From contig OX597831.1 of assembly GCA_951406725.2 (NCBI GenBank), positions 5,270,001 to 5,334,000 of the forward strand: a stretch of DNA of 64,000 bases. Reading direction: 5' to 3'. A program made the position numbers and the translations under genes. Each line of letters starts with the position of its first letter. Positions within the stretch are counted from its first letter, which is position 1. Under the pieces are notes generated by a model. It searched no databases and was not told where the DNA came from. It saw nothing but the letters and a program-made list of their open reading frames with translations. The DNA comes from Octopus vulgaris. Taxonomy: Eukaryota. This document shows positions 1 through 12,463 of the stretch, piece after piece.

Positions 1-140
1 TTGGTTCGAAGCTATAGAAGACACTTGCTCAAGGATCCACGCAGAGAAACTGAACCTAGTACCTTGTTGTTTTGCCCCAAAATGCAAACATCTATTTCAA
101 TAAATAGATAATTAGAAACAAGGAAAGCATGCACCACAAA

Positions 141-432
141 GTGGAGGCACATGGCCGAATGGTTAGAGCAGCGGCCTCGCGGGTTCGAATCTCAGACCGG
201 GCGATGTGTGTGTTTATGAGCGAAACACCTAAGCTCCACGCGGCTCCGGCAGAAGGTAATGGCGAAACTTCTGCTGACTTTTTCGCCACAACTTTCTCTC
301 ACTCTTTCCTCCTGCATCTTGCAGCTCACCTGCGACGGACCGGCGTCCCGTCCAGGTGGGGAACCTATACGTTAAGGAAACCGGGAAACCGGCCCTTATG
401 AGCCAGGCATGGCTCGAAGAAGGAACAAACAA
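141..432 (+). mobile_element. tRNA-Arg-like SINE (OR-type head) with V-domain-like tail
   Basis: Head GTGGAGGCACATGGCCGAATGGTTAGAGCAGCGG, B-box GGTTCGAATC, tail CTGCGACGGACCGGCGTCCCGTCCAGG...GAAACCGGG; homologous to 23142-23440. Confidence 0.8.
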
Positions 433-811
433 TGCAACACAGCACAAACCGGAGACCATCCTCCAATAGTCATATCATTCCGTCCTTTAAACATAACAAG
501 AACAACAACAACAGCAATGGCGCCAGAATCTCAAGACGACAACGGCCCCACCACCACCACCACCACCACCAATACCAACGGTAATGACAATCCCAATAAA
601 AACTATTGAGATTACAAATAATGAAAGAGAAAATAAGAGAGTGGAAATAGCGAATATGACAGGCAGGAGTGAAGTCGTATTTACACAAGGCACGTCTGAT
701 TCCAGGGTCGTTGAGTACAAAACAATTGATATTTTTTACTGGGCATAACACGTACAAACAATAATACTAGTAATGGCCGAAGCACATACACATACGGAAA
801 CCCCAAAACTA

Positions 812-827
812 AGTATGTATGTATGCG

Positions 828-907
<80 letters not shown>

Positions 908-1040
908 CGTGTGTGAATATATATATATATATACACATACATACATACAGGTATACGTGTGTGTGTGTGCATATATGTATAAATATATATATACATACAC
1001 ACACATATATATATATAATACATACGTATGTGTGTGTGTG

Positions 1041-1077
<37 letters not shown>

Positions 1078-1097
1078 CATACGTATGTGTGTGTGTG

Positions 1098-1135
<38 letters not shown>

Positions 1136-1290
1136 TATATATAATACATACGTATGTGTGTGTGTATATATATATACACATATATATATATATAATACAT
1201 ATGTGTGTGTGTGTGTATATATACTTATTTATATATACATTTATATATACACATATATACACATATATACATACAAATGTGTGTGCGTGT
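812..1290. repeat. Compound (TA)n/(TG)n microsatellite with ~60-bp secondary units (ATAATACATACGTATGTG...)
   Basis: Direct reading. Confidence 0.9.
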
Positions 1291-1554
1291 AAGTATACGG
1301 GGAATGTTTAAATCCATAAGGAGACATAGATATGTAAGGCAGTCACAACATAGGACTTGTATTGGCTTCTTTTTTAATCTTGAGGAAACCCGACTTATCC
1401 CGATCTGAACACATCCTGTGTCGTCTACAGAAAATAAAAAAGAAAAGGGAGACAAAGGTGGGGAAGAATCGACCAAATATTGAACTGGTGGTTCATTTAT
1501 CGACTTTGAACATATGTGTACGTATGTATATATGTATGTATTTATATTTAGCTA

Positions 1555-1770
1555 TATGTTTGTGTGTCTGTGTTTGTCCCCCTAGCATTGCTTGACAACC
1601 GATGCTGGTGTGTTTATGTCCCTGTCACCTAGCGGTTCGGCAAAAGAGACCGATAGAATAAGTACTGGGCTTACAAAAGAATAAGTCCCGGGGTCGAGTT
1701 GCTCGATTAAAGGCGGTGCTCCAGCATGGCCGCAGTCAAATGACTGAAACAAGTAAAAGAGTAGAAGAGT
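1555..1770 (+). mobile_element. 3' half of CORE-like SINE (family A)
   Basis: GCTTGACAACCGATGCTGGTGTG...GCTCCAGCATGGCCGCAGTCAAATGACTGAAACAAGTAAAAGAG matches many copies in the window. Confidence 0.85.
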
Positions 1771-2497
1771 ATATGTATATACATGTGTGTATGTGTGTGT
1801 ATGTGTGTGACTGTGTGTGTAATGTATGTATATGAAAGACAGGTTCTCCTTATGGCACCGTTAATGTTCCGTGATACCTTCAGGTCAGATTTGAACTAGA
1901 AAATTCCAGATGCTGTGGAGAAGAAAGATTGAGGGTGAAGGGTGATGGATGTACGGGACCATTCAGCTCCACGAAACAAAGGCAATTAGAATAGCGACAG
2001 AAAAGACAGGAAACGGCACGTGAGTAAGGCAGGGGTCGGAGTAGAGTTGAAACAATAATTATCCGGCTGGACCTGGATAGGGTCCAGGGTATTATTGTGC
2101 GTATATGTGGGTACAATACTGTATTGTGAGCCTTACTTGAGTCTTGTAGGCCATCAGCAGCTACTGATGGCTGAAGTATCTTCGGACCCTGAAATGAATG
2201 GCTAGTCTTTGGGATGCAGTCCTAGCTATGTTAAGGATGTGCATTTTCCTAGAGAGATTCCCTTACTAGAGAGGCCCAGGATTTGGAGTAAATTTGGGGG
2301 CTTATGAATACAACATTCTAAACAGTCTGCCACGCATTTTCACGGGGGCGGGGCGTTGCTAGTCTTCGCCAAATGCTATGAAAAATCTGAAGAACTATTT
2401 ACTGGAAATCATTTCGAACAAGGCAAAAAGACCATTTGTAGAAAACTGGTATGAGAGAAGTGAGTAGCATTACTTATTCTCTCTTTTTACCCTCTCT

Positions 2498-2684
2498 CTC
2501 TTTTACTTGTTTCAGTCATTTGACTGTGGCCATGCTGGAGCACCGCTTTTAGTCGAGCAAATAGACCTCAGGACTTATTCTTTGTAAGGCTAGTACTTAT
2601 TCTATCCGTCTCTTTTGCCGAACCGCTAAGTTGCGGGAACGTAAGCACACCACCATCGGTTGTCAAGCGATGTTGGGGGGACAA

Positions 2685-2738
<54 letters not shown>

Positions 2739-2902
2739 GACAGGCTTCTTTCAGTTTTCGTCTACCAAATCCACTCACAAGGCATTGGTCGGCTCAAGGC
2801 TATATTAGAAGAAAATTGCCCAAGGTGCCACGCAGTGGGACTGAACCCGGAACCACGTGGTTCGTAAGCAAGCTACTTACTACACAGCCACTCCTACGCC
2901 TA
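2498..2902 (-). mobile_element. Full-length CORE-like SINE (family A) with internal (TG)n
   Basis: tRNA-like head (A box TGGCTGTG.AGTAAG, B box GGGTTCAGTCCC), CORE-like GTGGCACCTTGGGCAA, (GTAAAAGA)n tail. Confidence 0.88.
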
Positions 2903-3348
2903 TCAGCAACTGCTGATGGCTGCAGTATCTTCGGACCCTGAAATAAAGGGCTACTTGTTACCGTTATCTCTACAGGTTTTTAAATAGGAATTATAGCCAT
3001 CATCTTTTTTTATTACGACGTATCGTGCGTATCAGGCGTCTGGGATACGAAACATCGTAAAAAAAAAGTCAGTGTTAGCTTTAATTTCAATGGAAAAACT
3101 GCAGAAATAATCTCAACAACTGATGTAAGAGCACTGCTAACACAGTAGAACACAGTATTGTCTTATAAAAACGTTTAATATATTTTGTAATATATCATGG
3201 TTGCATAACAAGAAACAGTGTCCGTACAGGTCATTAAGAGTGGCTTTAATCCCTCTAAAATCTCTATACATATCTAATAAGTATCTCTCTATGTACCATT
3301 CTAATTTACACACACATACATTATATATATATATAAAATATTAATAAA

Positions 3349-3403
3349 TCATACATATTAATCGATCCCAATTTGATCCACTAAGATCGATTAATATGTA
3401 TGA
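3349..3403. other. Perfect 19-bp inverted repeat, 17-nt loop
   Basis: TCATACATATTAATCGATC / GATCGATTAATATGTATGA. Confidence 0.9.
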
Positions 3404-3682
3404 CTTCTGCATCACAGAATTTTGAAATGCCAATCTATCCGAAATGCGCAAGTGAATTAAAGAATACGTAATTTTCCATTCTTTGTGTACTTCTACTATA
3501 TTCTGTGGCTTTGGACTAAATTTATTCCTGTATTTTGCTTTTGAACTTTGGATTTACAAATTGGACAGGCAGCGGGAAGTCATTTTAATATGGCTTTCAC
3601 TGGACAATTTAGTTAGCCACGTTTCATCCGAATGAAGAGCTAAACAAGTACTGCTCAAGATTTTAATTTATGTTTCCTCCTT

Positions 3683-3738
<56 letters not shown>

Positions 3739-4254
3739 CCTGTCTGTCTGTCTGTCTGTCTATCAGTCTGTCTATCAGTCTGTCTATCTGACTGTCTATC
3801 TGTCTGTCTATCTACCCACCCACCTATCTACCCACCCTCCTATCTATCTATCCATCTATCTATTTACCCACCTATCTGTGTGTTTGTATGTATGTGTGTG
3901 TTTGTATATATATGTGTGCATGTATATATTTTATATATATATATATGTATGTATATCTAAATTCTCAATCAGATCTCCTGCGAGTTAACTTGGGATTCCT
4001 TAACAATAATATAACCTTCATTTAACTAAGGTATCTTCGGCATGGGGAGTACCTAGTGGAGTACTCTTCGTTGAGTAATTACAACTTCCGAGGTCCTGCT
4101 AACTAGAAAACATATGGAGCTTGGATTTTATCGGCTCCATTCCCTAAATTTGGATTTTTATTCACTTACGCAGCAACCCCAATTGTTAACCGTGAACTCT
4201 AAAATAACTTTACAACCTTCTACGTCAATAAACCAATATTTGTCCTCAAAGTTA

Positions 4255-4465
4255 AGGCGATGATTTGGCAGAATCGTTAGCACGCCGGGTGAAATGCTTG
4301 GTGGTATTTCGTCTGTCTTTACGTTCTGAGTTCAAATTCCGTCGAGGTCGACTTTGCCTTTCATCCATTTGGGGAAGGTTAATTAAGTACCAGTTGCGTA
4401 CTGGGGTCGATCTAATCGACTGGCCCCCTCCCTCAAAATTTCAGGCCTTGTTCTTATAATAGAAA
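4255..4465 (+). mobile_element. Meta/MESC-like SINE (family B, tail type B')
   Basis: GGCAGAATCGTTAGCACGCCGG..GAGTTCAAATTCC..GACTTTGCCTTTCATCC..AAGTACCAG. Confidence 0.8.
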
Positions 4466-4576
4466 ATAATGTTTGTCCTGAAAGTCGTTTTTTATACCTT
4501 CTACAGATTCCTCGAAACTTACTAGCTTCCTACACTTCGATCCTTGGATCTTTATATATATGCGTGTGTATATACG

Positions 4577-4615
<39 letters not shown>

Positions 4616-4619
4616 TTCT

Positions 4620-4880
4620 GTACCAGTGTCTCGACCAGACTATCGGATATTTGTTATGCATCGCCGGTCACGATTTGTTGCCTCGCATTGTTGGTCAGTC
4701 GAGCAGATCTGCATTTCTCCTGAGCGGAACACTTGACCGCGACAGATTTAGCCATTTGCAAAGTGCGTAGACTGAAACAACGTAAAATGAAGTGTTTTGC
4801 TCAAGAACTCAACCCAGCGCCCGGTTTGGGAATCGAAACCACGACCTTGCGAACAAACACCCTAACCAGCAGGCCTTTGT
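4620..4880 (-). mobile_element. Diverged tRNA-headed SINE related to the OR-type group
   Basis: B-box GGTTTCGATTCCC, TTGAGCAAAACACTT body, tail similar to 12791 and 20027 copies. Confidence 0.6.
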
Positions 4881-5166
4881 AATATCGAACATATGCATAC
4901 ACACACATTCACACACACACGAACATATATATGTGTGTGTGTGTGTGTGTGTATGTGTGTATGTCTGATTATATATGTGTATGTGTGTATATATGTGTGT
5001 GTGTATATCTATATGTGCGTATGTGTGTATATATATATATGTGTGTATAAATATGTGTGTTTCTATATATATATATGTGTGTGTGTGTATTTGTGTGTGT
5101 ATATCTATATATGTCTGTGTGTGTGTATATATATATATGTGTATGTATGTGTGTGTGTGTGTGTAT

Positions 5167-5338
5167 AATTTAAAGAAAACAGAAAATAGAGAAATATTGA
5201 TGACCAGCAATTGACTTACATCAATTATCTTTTATTAATTCAGCACAAATAGACTGCATTTGTATTGAATTAATAAATAATTGATGTAAGTCAATTGTTG
5301 GTCATCAATATTTCTCTATTTTCTGTTTTCTTTAAATT
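5167..5338. other. Near-perfect fold-back, ~80-bp arms, 7-nt loop
   Basis: Left arm equals the reverse complement of the right arm except 3 substitutions and a 3-nt bulge. Confidence 0.92.
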
Positions 5339-5819
5339 TTGATTCTTGATAAACTCATGCTTGTCCTTGCTTTTACCTATAATTTATGAGCATAAACTGT
5401 GTTTGTATCCATTACCACCACACACTAACACCCACGCTTGACAACTGATCTTAAAGGTTCGGCAAGGGAACCCGATAGAATCAATGCGAAGCTTACAAAG
5501 AATAAATTCTGGGGCCACAGTCAAATGACTGAAACAAATAAAAGAATTAACGTGTGTGCGTGCGTGCGTTTGTGTCTGTGTTTGTCCACCACCACCGCTC
5601 GACAACCGGTGTTGGTGTGTTTATGTCCCTATTATCTATCGGTTCGGCAAAAGAAACCAATAGAATAAGCATCAGCCTTAAAAAGTAAATAACTCACCGG
5701 GATTGATTAGTTCGACTAAAGTTCTTCAAGTCGGAATACGGCTACGCATTTCGTCCGGTGTGCTAACAATTCTGCCAACTCATCGCCTTCTTCAATTCAA
5801 CATTTGACAGTTTTAATTC

Positions 5820-6020
5820 GGCGAGCTGGTAGAATCGTTAGCACGCCGGGCAAAATGCTCAGCGGCATTTCGTCCGTCTTTACGTTCTGAGTTCAAATTT
5901 CACCGAGATCGACACTTTGTCTTTCATTATTTCGGGGTGGATGAAATAAGTACCAGCCGAGCACTGGGGCCGATTTGATCGACTTTGCCTCTCCTCCGGA
6001 ACTGCTGGCCTTGTGCCAAA
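5820..6020 (+). mobile_element. Family B' SINE; an inverted head fragment lies at 5740-5790
   Basis: Homology to other family B copies. Confidence 0.75.
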
Positions 6021-6118
6021 ATCTAAAATAAATTTTTGTATAGAATTATGTGAAAAAGGGCACACATACGCACACACAGACACGCACATATACACGCTCG
6101 CTCGCACACACGCACCTC

Positions 6119-6150
<32 letters not shown>

Positions 6151-7189
6151 AATATATATATAAGAGAGTCGGGTGGGAAGAGAAATGGTAAGAATGAAAA
6201 GAATTCTTATATATTTCTGCGTAGATAAATACAAGCACCTACACATATACACAGACATCCAGACACACACACACACTCGTATTTGCGTGTATGTGTGGAT
6301 GTAAAAACACAAGTGTCTGCGCTTATACTCACACACGCCTCTGCATCTACACATATTTGTCCTCAACAAGTACGGTACCACCTCCTCACTCACAGACACA
6401 CACACACAGGTACACTCACATACGCAAATAACACGCATTATTCTGGAATGATTGCCGTTAGTTTATCCCACTTAAGTAAGCTGTGAAGTAGGCAGCAGCT
6501 AAGTGTGGACATTGCGTGGCCTAGAACAATCGCTATTTCCTCCAGACGGCAGCCATTTTAAGAATGAGATACAACGTTGAACAGGAAGTCACAGATCTAT
6601 TGTGGTGACGTTCTTATCACGGACGAAATGATAGAGCGGGTTCATTCGGTGCAAACAACGTAAACTTTGTTTAACAACGGATTAAACAGTGTTTCACGAT
6701 TATCGACGCAGTTGTAGTAATAGTAGTAGTATTAGTAATTGTTGTTGTTGTTTTTTTTATTTTATTGCTTTTAATAATATCGTTTTAATGATATTAATGT
6801 TTTGAAATTGTTATTAATAACAATTTTATCAATTAATCTGCATATTTAGGTAGATTATTATTTTCTGGGTATTTTTCTTGTTGTTCAGAGTATTATTGCT
6901 GTAGCTGTTTAATCCTAGGTCAACCCTTACTGAGCGCCTCTAATGATCAAAGCCGTAAATACTGCGATCATAGTGTCCATATTTTACCTTGTATAGTGTA
7001 CTCAAGTCGACATACGTTCGCGAGATTTTGAGGCTATTAAAATTCTTAAATCAGGTTCATCGAGGCCCCTTCCTCTGCTCGGTTGAGTATGAGATTATTG
7101 CGGGAAATAGGGCCGAGGGGAATGGCGGACTGGACGACGATGTTCTAGTCTCAATTCCGATTTTAGTGTGGCCATTGTTGGGAGGACTT

Positions 7190-7680
7190 AAGGCAGTGAA
7201 CCGACAAAATCTTTAGCGTGGCAGTCAAAATGCTTAGCGACATTACGTCCGTCATTATGTTCTGAGTTCAAATCCTACCGAGGTTGACTTCGTCTTTCAT
7301 CCATTCCGGGGTCGATAAAATAAGTATCAGGTATGTACTAAGGTCAATGTAATCGTCTAACCTCCTCTCCCAACCCTAAATTTCAGACTTTGTGCTTATA
7401 GCAGGAAAGATTATTCATAACCCTTTAAGCGGCGAGCTGGCTTATTCGTTACTTCGTCGGACAAAATACTTGCCATTTTTTCAGTCTTTACGTTCTGAAT
7501 TCAAATTGCGCTAACGTCAATTTCACTTTTTATCGATTCCTGATCGATAAAAACAAAGCACCAGTCATGAACTGGGTCAATAAAATAAGCTATCAGTGAA
7601 GTACTGGGGAAATAATTGACTGAGTTTCACCCCTCAAAAGTGAACACTGCCCCTCAAATTGCTTGCTTTGTACCAAAATT
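7190..7680 (+). mobile_element. Two tandem diverged family B' SINEs
   Basis: Two GAGTTCAAAT/GAATTCAAAT B-boxes with ..GTCGATAAA/ATCGATAAA cores. Confidence 0.7.
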
Positions 7681-7962
7681 AATATATATGTTTGTGATCC
7701 TTAAGACGGTGAGCTCCAGTCAATAATCCACTAGTACCCATCTCTAACATTGTTGTGGAGATTTGTAGTTTAGCGGTTTTGCCAGTCTACTCAGCGGGCA
7801 AAAATGAGTAACCCTGCGGTGGACTATCTTCCTATCCAGGTGGAGAATATATACGCCATGGAAACCGGGAAACCAGCCCTTACGAGTCGGTATGACACGA
7901 GAAGGAACTTTATCTTTATCCTATCCCGAAATTGCTGTGTGTGCCAAAATTTGATATGAATA

Positions 7963-8123
7963 GGCGCAGGCATGGCTCTTTGGTAAGAAGCTTGCTTCCT
8001 GACCACATTGTTCCGGGTTCAATCTCACTACGTGACACTTGGGTCTCTACTATAGCCGCGGGCCAACCGAAACTTTGTGAGAGGATTTGGTAGGCGGAAA
8101 CTGAAAGAAGACCGTCGTGTATG

Positions 8124-8164
<41 letters not shown>

Positions 8165-8345
8165 GTGTGTGCGTGTTTGTCACTCTGTTTCCGCTTGACA
8201 ACCGGTGTTGGTGTGTTTACGTCTCTGTAACTTGGCAGTTCGGCAAAAGAAACCAATAGAATAAGTCCTGGGTCGATTGTTCGAGTAACACCTTTGAAGG
8301 CAGTGCTCCAGCATGGCTGCAGTCTAATGACTGAAACAAGTAACA
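7963..8345 (+). mobile_element. Family A CORE-like SINE
   Basis: Head, internal (TA)n, tail. Confidence 0.85.
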
Positions 8346-8396
8346 GAATAATCATTTGTTGTATAGTGAGTTTCGATATGGAAAATCATATTCTAC

Positions 8397-8494
8397 GTGC
8401 AAAGTAGATATTGGGGCTTTACAATTGTTATTATATTATATTATATCATATTATATTATATTAAAACGATTGTAAGGCCCCTATATCTACGCAC
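8397..8494. mobile_element. Small MITE-like fold-back with (ATTAT)n loop
   Basis: GTAGATATTGGGGCTTTACAATTGTT vs AACGATTGTAAGGCCCCTATATCTAC. Confidence 0.45.
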
Positions 8495-8912
8495 TGGTTT
8501 CGATGTAATCGACTTAATCCCTTTGCCTGTCCTTGTTTGTCCCCTCTATGTTTAGCACCCCCGTGGTCAATAAAGAAATAGTTATTTCAAGACAGCTATA
8601 TTCGATTCCTTTCACCTTTAATCCAATCGTTGGTTTTGATGAAGATAATAAAAATCACTTTTACTATTTCGAAAGATTCAGCAAGAGAGAAACGTCTACT
8701 TTTAGGAGACTTGATTACAAGAGCAGGAAGGTAGAACTAGCTATGAGATGACGTCACTGGTAAAAAAAACTGTAATCTTAGTAGGTACTTGAAAGCCTCC
8801 ATTCGAGACAAACTAAGAAACCAACAGTTATTGGCATCTCCAAGAAGATATGATATCTCATAGATTGAAAATTCTATCATCTAAAGACAAATTTCGAATA
8901 ACTGTTGAAGTA

Positions 8913-9475
8913 TTGGGTTGTCCGGAAAGTTCGTGCCGATTTTTAAAGGAAAGAAAAAGGTCAATAAATACTTGCCATTACATTTTTAATCAACCAAATA
9001 TGAACCATTTTGTTGCACAATGCGTCTCCATCTTACCCTGAACTTGAAAATACCATCTCCCCAGAATTGAGGTGGTTTCATGGCAAAGAATTCATCAATG
9101 TATCTTTTTATGTCATCCAAGGAATTGACATTTTTACCATTAAGACTATTCTGTAGAGACTTGAATCAGTGGAAATCCAAAGGAACAATATCTGGTGAAT
9201 ATGGAGGATGGAGTAACGCATCCCAGCTGAGCTGCAGAAATTTTTGTCTGGTTCCCAAAGCATCAAGTGCCAAATATGAACTTTATCTTCCATTTCAAAG
9301 GGTTACATAATTAACACTGGTTATAGGAACATAAACCTTCTTCCACGAAAAGGTAGCTTAAACTGTGCTCTAAATGGAGGTGTAGTCAAATCTTATTTTA
9401 TGAACTCAACCATCTTCTAAAATAAGTCGAAATGTAAGCTGCTATAAATCGGCACGAACTTTCCGGACAACCCAA
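8913..9475 (-). mobile_element. Internally deleted mariner (non-autonomous)
   Basis: Perfect 30-bp TIRs TTGGGTTGTCCGGAAAGTTCGTGCCGATTT, TA TSDs; transposase N-terminus MEDKVHIWHLML fused to C-terminal HPPYSPDI..RWRRIVQQNG. Confidence 0.93.
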
Positions 9476-9482
9476 TACAACT

Positions 9483-9691
9483 GCGGCGAGCTGGCAGAAA
9501 CGTTAGCACGTATTTCGTCTGCGTTACGTTGTGAGTTCGAATTCCGCCGAGGTCGACTTTGCCTTTCATCCTTTCGGGGTCGATAAATTAAGTACCAGTT
9601 ACGCACTGGGGTCGATGTAATCGACTTAATACCTATGTCTGTCCTTGTTTGTCCCCTCTGTGTTTAGCCCCTTGTGGGTAATAAAGAAATA
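9483..9691 (+). mobile_element. Family B SINE (tail ...TTTAGCCCCTTGTGGGTAATAAAGAAATA)
   Basis: Near-identical to the 10715 copy apart from a short deletion in the head. Confidence 0.88.
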
Positions 9692-9694
9692 GGT

Positions 9695-9930
9695 AATCCG
9701 TTCGAAATATCATCAAGGAGATGGCAGAAAGCATCATCGGCTTCACTATAAAAGAGAGCTAATATCAACTGGGTGACAACAACAACAACAATAGAATCAA
9801 CAAGAACATCGATAAAAAGCGAAAGATTCTGATGTCACACGAGCAAGACCTAAGAAGAAGATTTTAAAAGAACATGACTTTCCAGCGAAGACAAATTTGA
9901 AGACCTACGTTCTGACTATTTCGTTTGGGA
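9695..9930 (+). pseudogene. Possible degenerate RTE-clade LINE fragment
   Basis: With a frameshift reads IIKEMAESIIG...W.DNNNNNRINKNIDKKRK, resembling the RTE EN-RT linker. Confidence 0.35.
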
Positions 9931-10386
9931 AAACAGAATGGCCAAAATAAGTTTGATCATCGACCTGTTTGATCAAGTTTACCTAGGGTTAAATAACAAC
10001 AACTCTTTATTTTTATATAATTTATAAAGTAAACGATTTGGAGATTAAATGCAATAAGGAAACAATTATAATGTTTGTTAATATGTTTAATTGTCCCATG
10101 GGGTCAATTAACTGTGTAATTTAGGGGTAGATTTATTGGTAGGTGGATCTACTTTCTGCAATTACACTTAAAAATGAAACAAAATATAATTTTATAAGTT
10201 TAAGGTTTGGGGTTGGGAGTGGGGCTGTTCATGTATTGGTGTTCCCTTTGGCATGAGTAAGCATAAATACGTGTGTGTGTCTGTGCGCGTGCATGTGTAT
10301 GTATGTGTGTACGTGTGTGTGCGTGTACATATGTATGCATGTGTTGGTGTACATGCATGTATGTATATGTGTATGTGAGTACATGC

Positions 10387-10418
<32 letters not shown>

Positions 10419-10714
10419 TTGCGTATAACCTTCGGTTAATGTTTAAACATCTTCATTTACACATATTTCAGGCCTCCAAGGCGGCGCTCTGGTGGATTTG
10501 TCGATGCGTCGAACAAAATGCTTAGCGGGTTTTTCTTTCGGTTTCACGTTCCAAGTTCAAATAAAGCCGTGTATAACTTCATCTTTCATCCTTTCCGGGA
10601 TTGATTAAAATAAGGACCAGATAACACCGCGGTCGATGTGATCAGCTAGCCCCCCCCCCCCCCTCAAAACTTCAAACCTTCCATAAGATCTGAAGCTTAA
10701 CGGTGTCAAAAACA

Positions 10715-10942
10715 GCGGCGAGCTGGCAGAAATGTTAGCACGCCGGGCGAAATGCTTAGCGGTATTTCGTTGCGTTACGTTGTGAGTTCAAATTCCGCCG
10801 TGGTCGACTTTGCCTTTCATCCTTTCGGGATCGATAAATTAAGTACCAGTTACGCACTGGGGTCGATGTAATCGACTTAATACCTATGTCTGTCCTTGTT
10901 TGTTCCCTCTGTGTTTAGCCCCTTGTGGGTAATAAAGAAATA
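10715..10942 (+). mobile_element. Family B SINE with 13-bp TSD GGTGTCAAAAACA
   Basis: TSD on both flanks; a diverged B' copy lies just upstream at 10478-10680. Confidence 0.9.
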
Positions 10943-11297
10943 GGTGTCAAAAACAAGGCAAAAAGCAGGGGACAGATATTTTTTTATGACCAATAGTTAC
11001 TCATGTTGTAAGTCTCTTCTCCCCACCACGGCCAATATTTTCCAAGGGAAGGGGCAGGGTCCGAAGTAATAATGCACTAGTTTCGTCGTAGGAGAATTCA
11101 AAAGTTAAGGGGTTGATACAAAGACTGGGAAACACCGCCTCTACTAATCTCCCTATTAAATTCGACAGAATGAAAGTCAAAACGATTTCGTTGGGGTTTT
11201 TGACCGCAGAAAGTAAGGAACCGGAACAAATAATAGTGAGAAAAACGAATTAGTGAAATTATGGGATTTATTTAAGGGGAAAACTATCATAAAACGC

Positions 11298-11336
<39 letters not shown>

Positions 11337-11389
11337 TATACACGCTCACCCATGCCACATTGCTAGAGTAAATATTAGTCACACATTTT

Positions 11390-11765
11390 GGCACAAAGCC
11401 AGCAATTTGGGAGGTTGAGGGTTTAAGTCAATTACATTGACCACAATGATCAACTGGTACACACTTTATCGGCCCCGAAAGGATGAAAGGCAAAATTGAC
11501 CTCCGCAGAATTTGAACGCAGTGGGTGACGGTGTAGTCGATTAACACGACCTCAGTATTCCACTGGTACTTATTTATTTTATCGACCCCTGAACAGGACG
11601 AAAGGAAAAGTCGATCTCGGTGGAATTCGAACTCGGATCGTAAAGACCGACGAAATGCCGCTAAGCAATTTGTCCAGCGTGCTAACGGCTGTGCCAGCTC
11701 GCCACCTTTGTACTATAGGCACAATGCCTGAAATTTGAGAGGAGATGGACTAGTCTATTACATCG
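11390..11765 (-). mobile_element. Cluster of family B' SINE pieces
   Basis: Reverse-complement homology to family B. Confidence 0.72.
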
Positions 11766-11860
11766 GTTTTCTTGAAGTACATCTCTTTATTCCAGTACTC
11801 AAAATATGTTGATTTTATATCATGTGATTTGAAAATTCTGGAAATGTTTTTTGCTGGTAC

Positions 11861-12058
11861 ATCAAAACAGGAGATTGGAAACGTTTTGTTATATTGTATT
11901 CACCATTACACGTGTTTCTTTTGGTAACAGGAGTTACAAAATTGAACTTGTAGGAGAGACATGTAAGATATATCTTGTTAGAAAATCTGTAGACAGATAA
12001 TGGAACGAGTAATGGTGAATAAATAATACGAAAAGTTTTCCAATACTCCTGTTTTGAT
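11861..12058. mobile_element. MITE-like element with ~49-bp imperfect terminal inverted repeats
   Basis: ATCAAAACAGGAGATTGGAAACG...TATTCACCATTAC vs GTAATGGTGAATA...CCAATACTCCTGTTTTGAT. Confidence 0.6.
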
Positions 12059-12074
12059 ATATTGTAATATATCA

Positions 12075-12396
12075 GGCCTACAATCGTGTGATTGTGAGTT
12101 CGATTCCCGGACCGGATTGTGTGTTGTGTTCTTGAGCAAGACACTTCATTTCACGTTCCTCTAGTTCACTCGGCTGTAGAAATGAGTTGCGACGTCACAG
12201 GTACCAAGCTGTATCGGCCTTTGTCTTTCCCTTGCCCAACATCGGTGGTATGGGAAGTGAGACTGGTATACACGGACGACTGTTGGTCTTCCGCAATAAA
12301 CCTTGCGGGACCTGTGCCTCAGAGGGGAATTTTCTACATATATATAAAGAGTAAAGATCCACTTCGGCCACAAATGACCATGGGATATAGCACCCA

Positions 12397-12403
<7 letters not shown>
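12075..12403 (+). mobile_element. tRNA-headed SINE (family D), terminal ~70 bp probably inverted
   Basis: B-box GAGTTCGATTCCC, GTGTTCTTGAGCAAGACACTT body; AATTTTCT/AGAAAATT inverted repeat bounds the last segment. Confidence 0.6.

Positions 12404-12463
<60 letters not shown>

Noticed and set aside
517-748. Short plus-strand ORFs as a host exon
   Set aside because: No recognisable domain, partly low complexity, and no convincing splice sites.
8700-8905. RTE-like coding remnant
   Set aside because: Only a vague resemblance after several assumed frameshifts.
11815-12144. 109-aa ORF as a gene
   Set aside because: It starts in a SINE and runs through a MITE-like fold-back.
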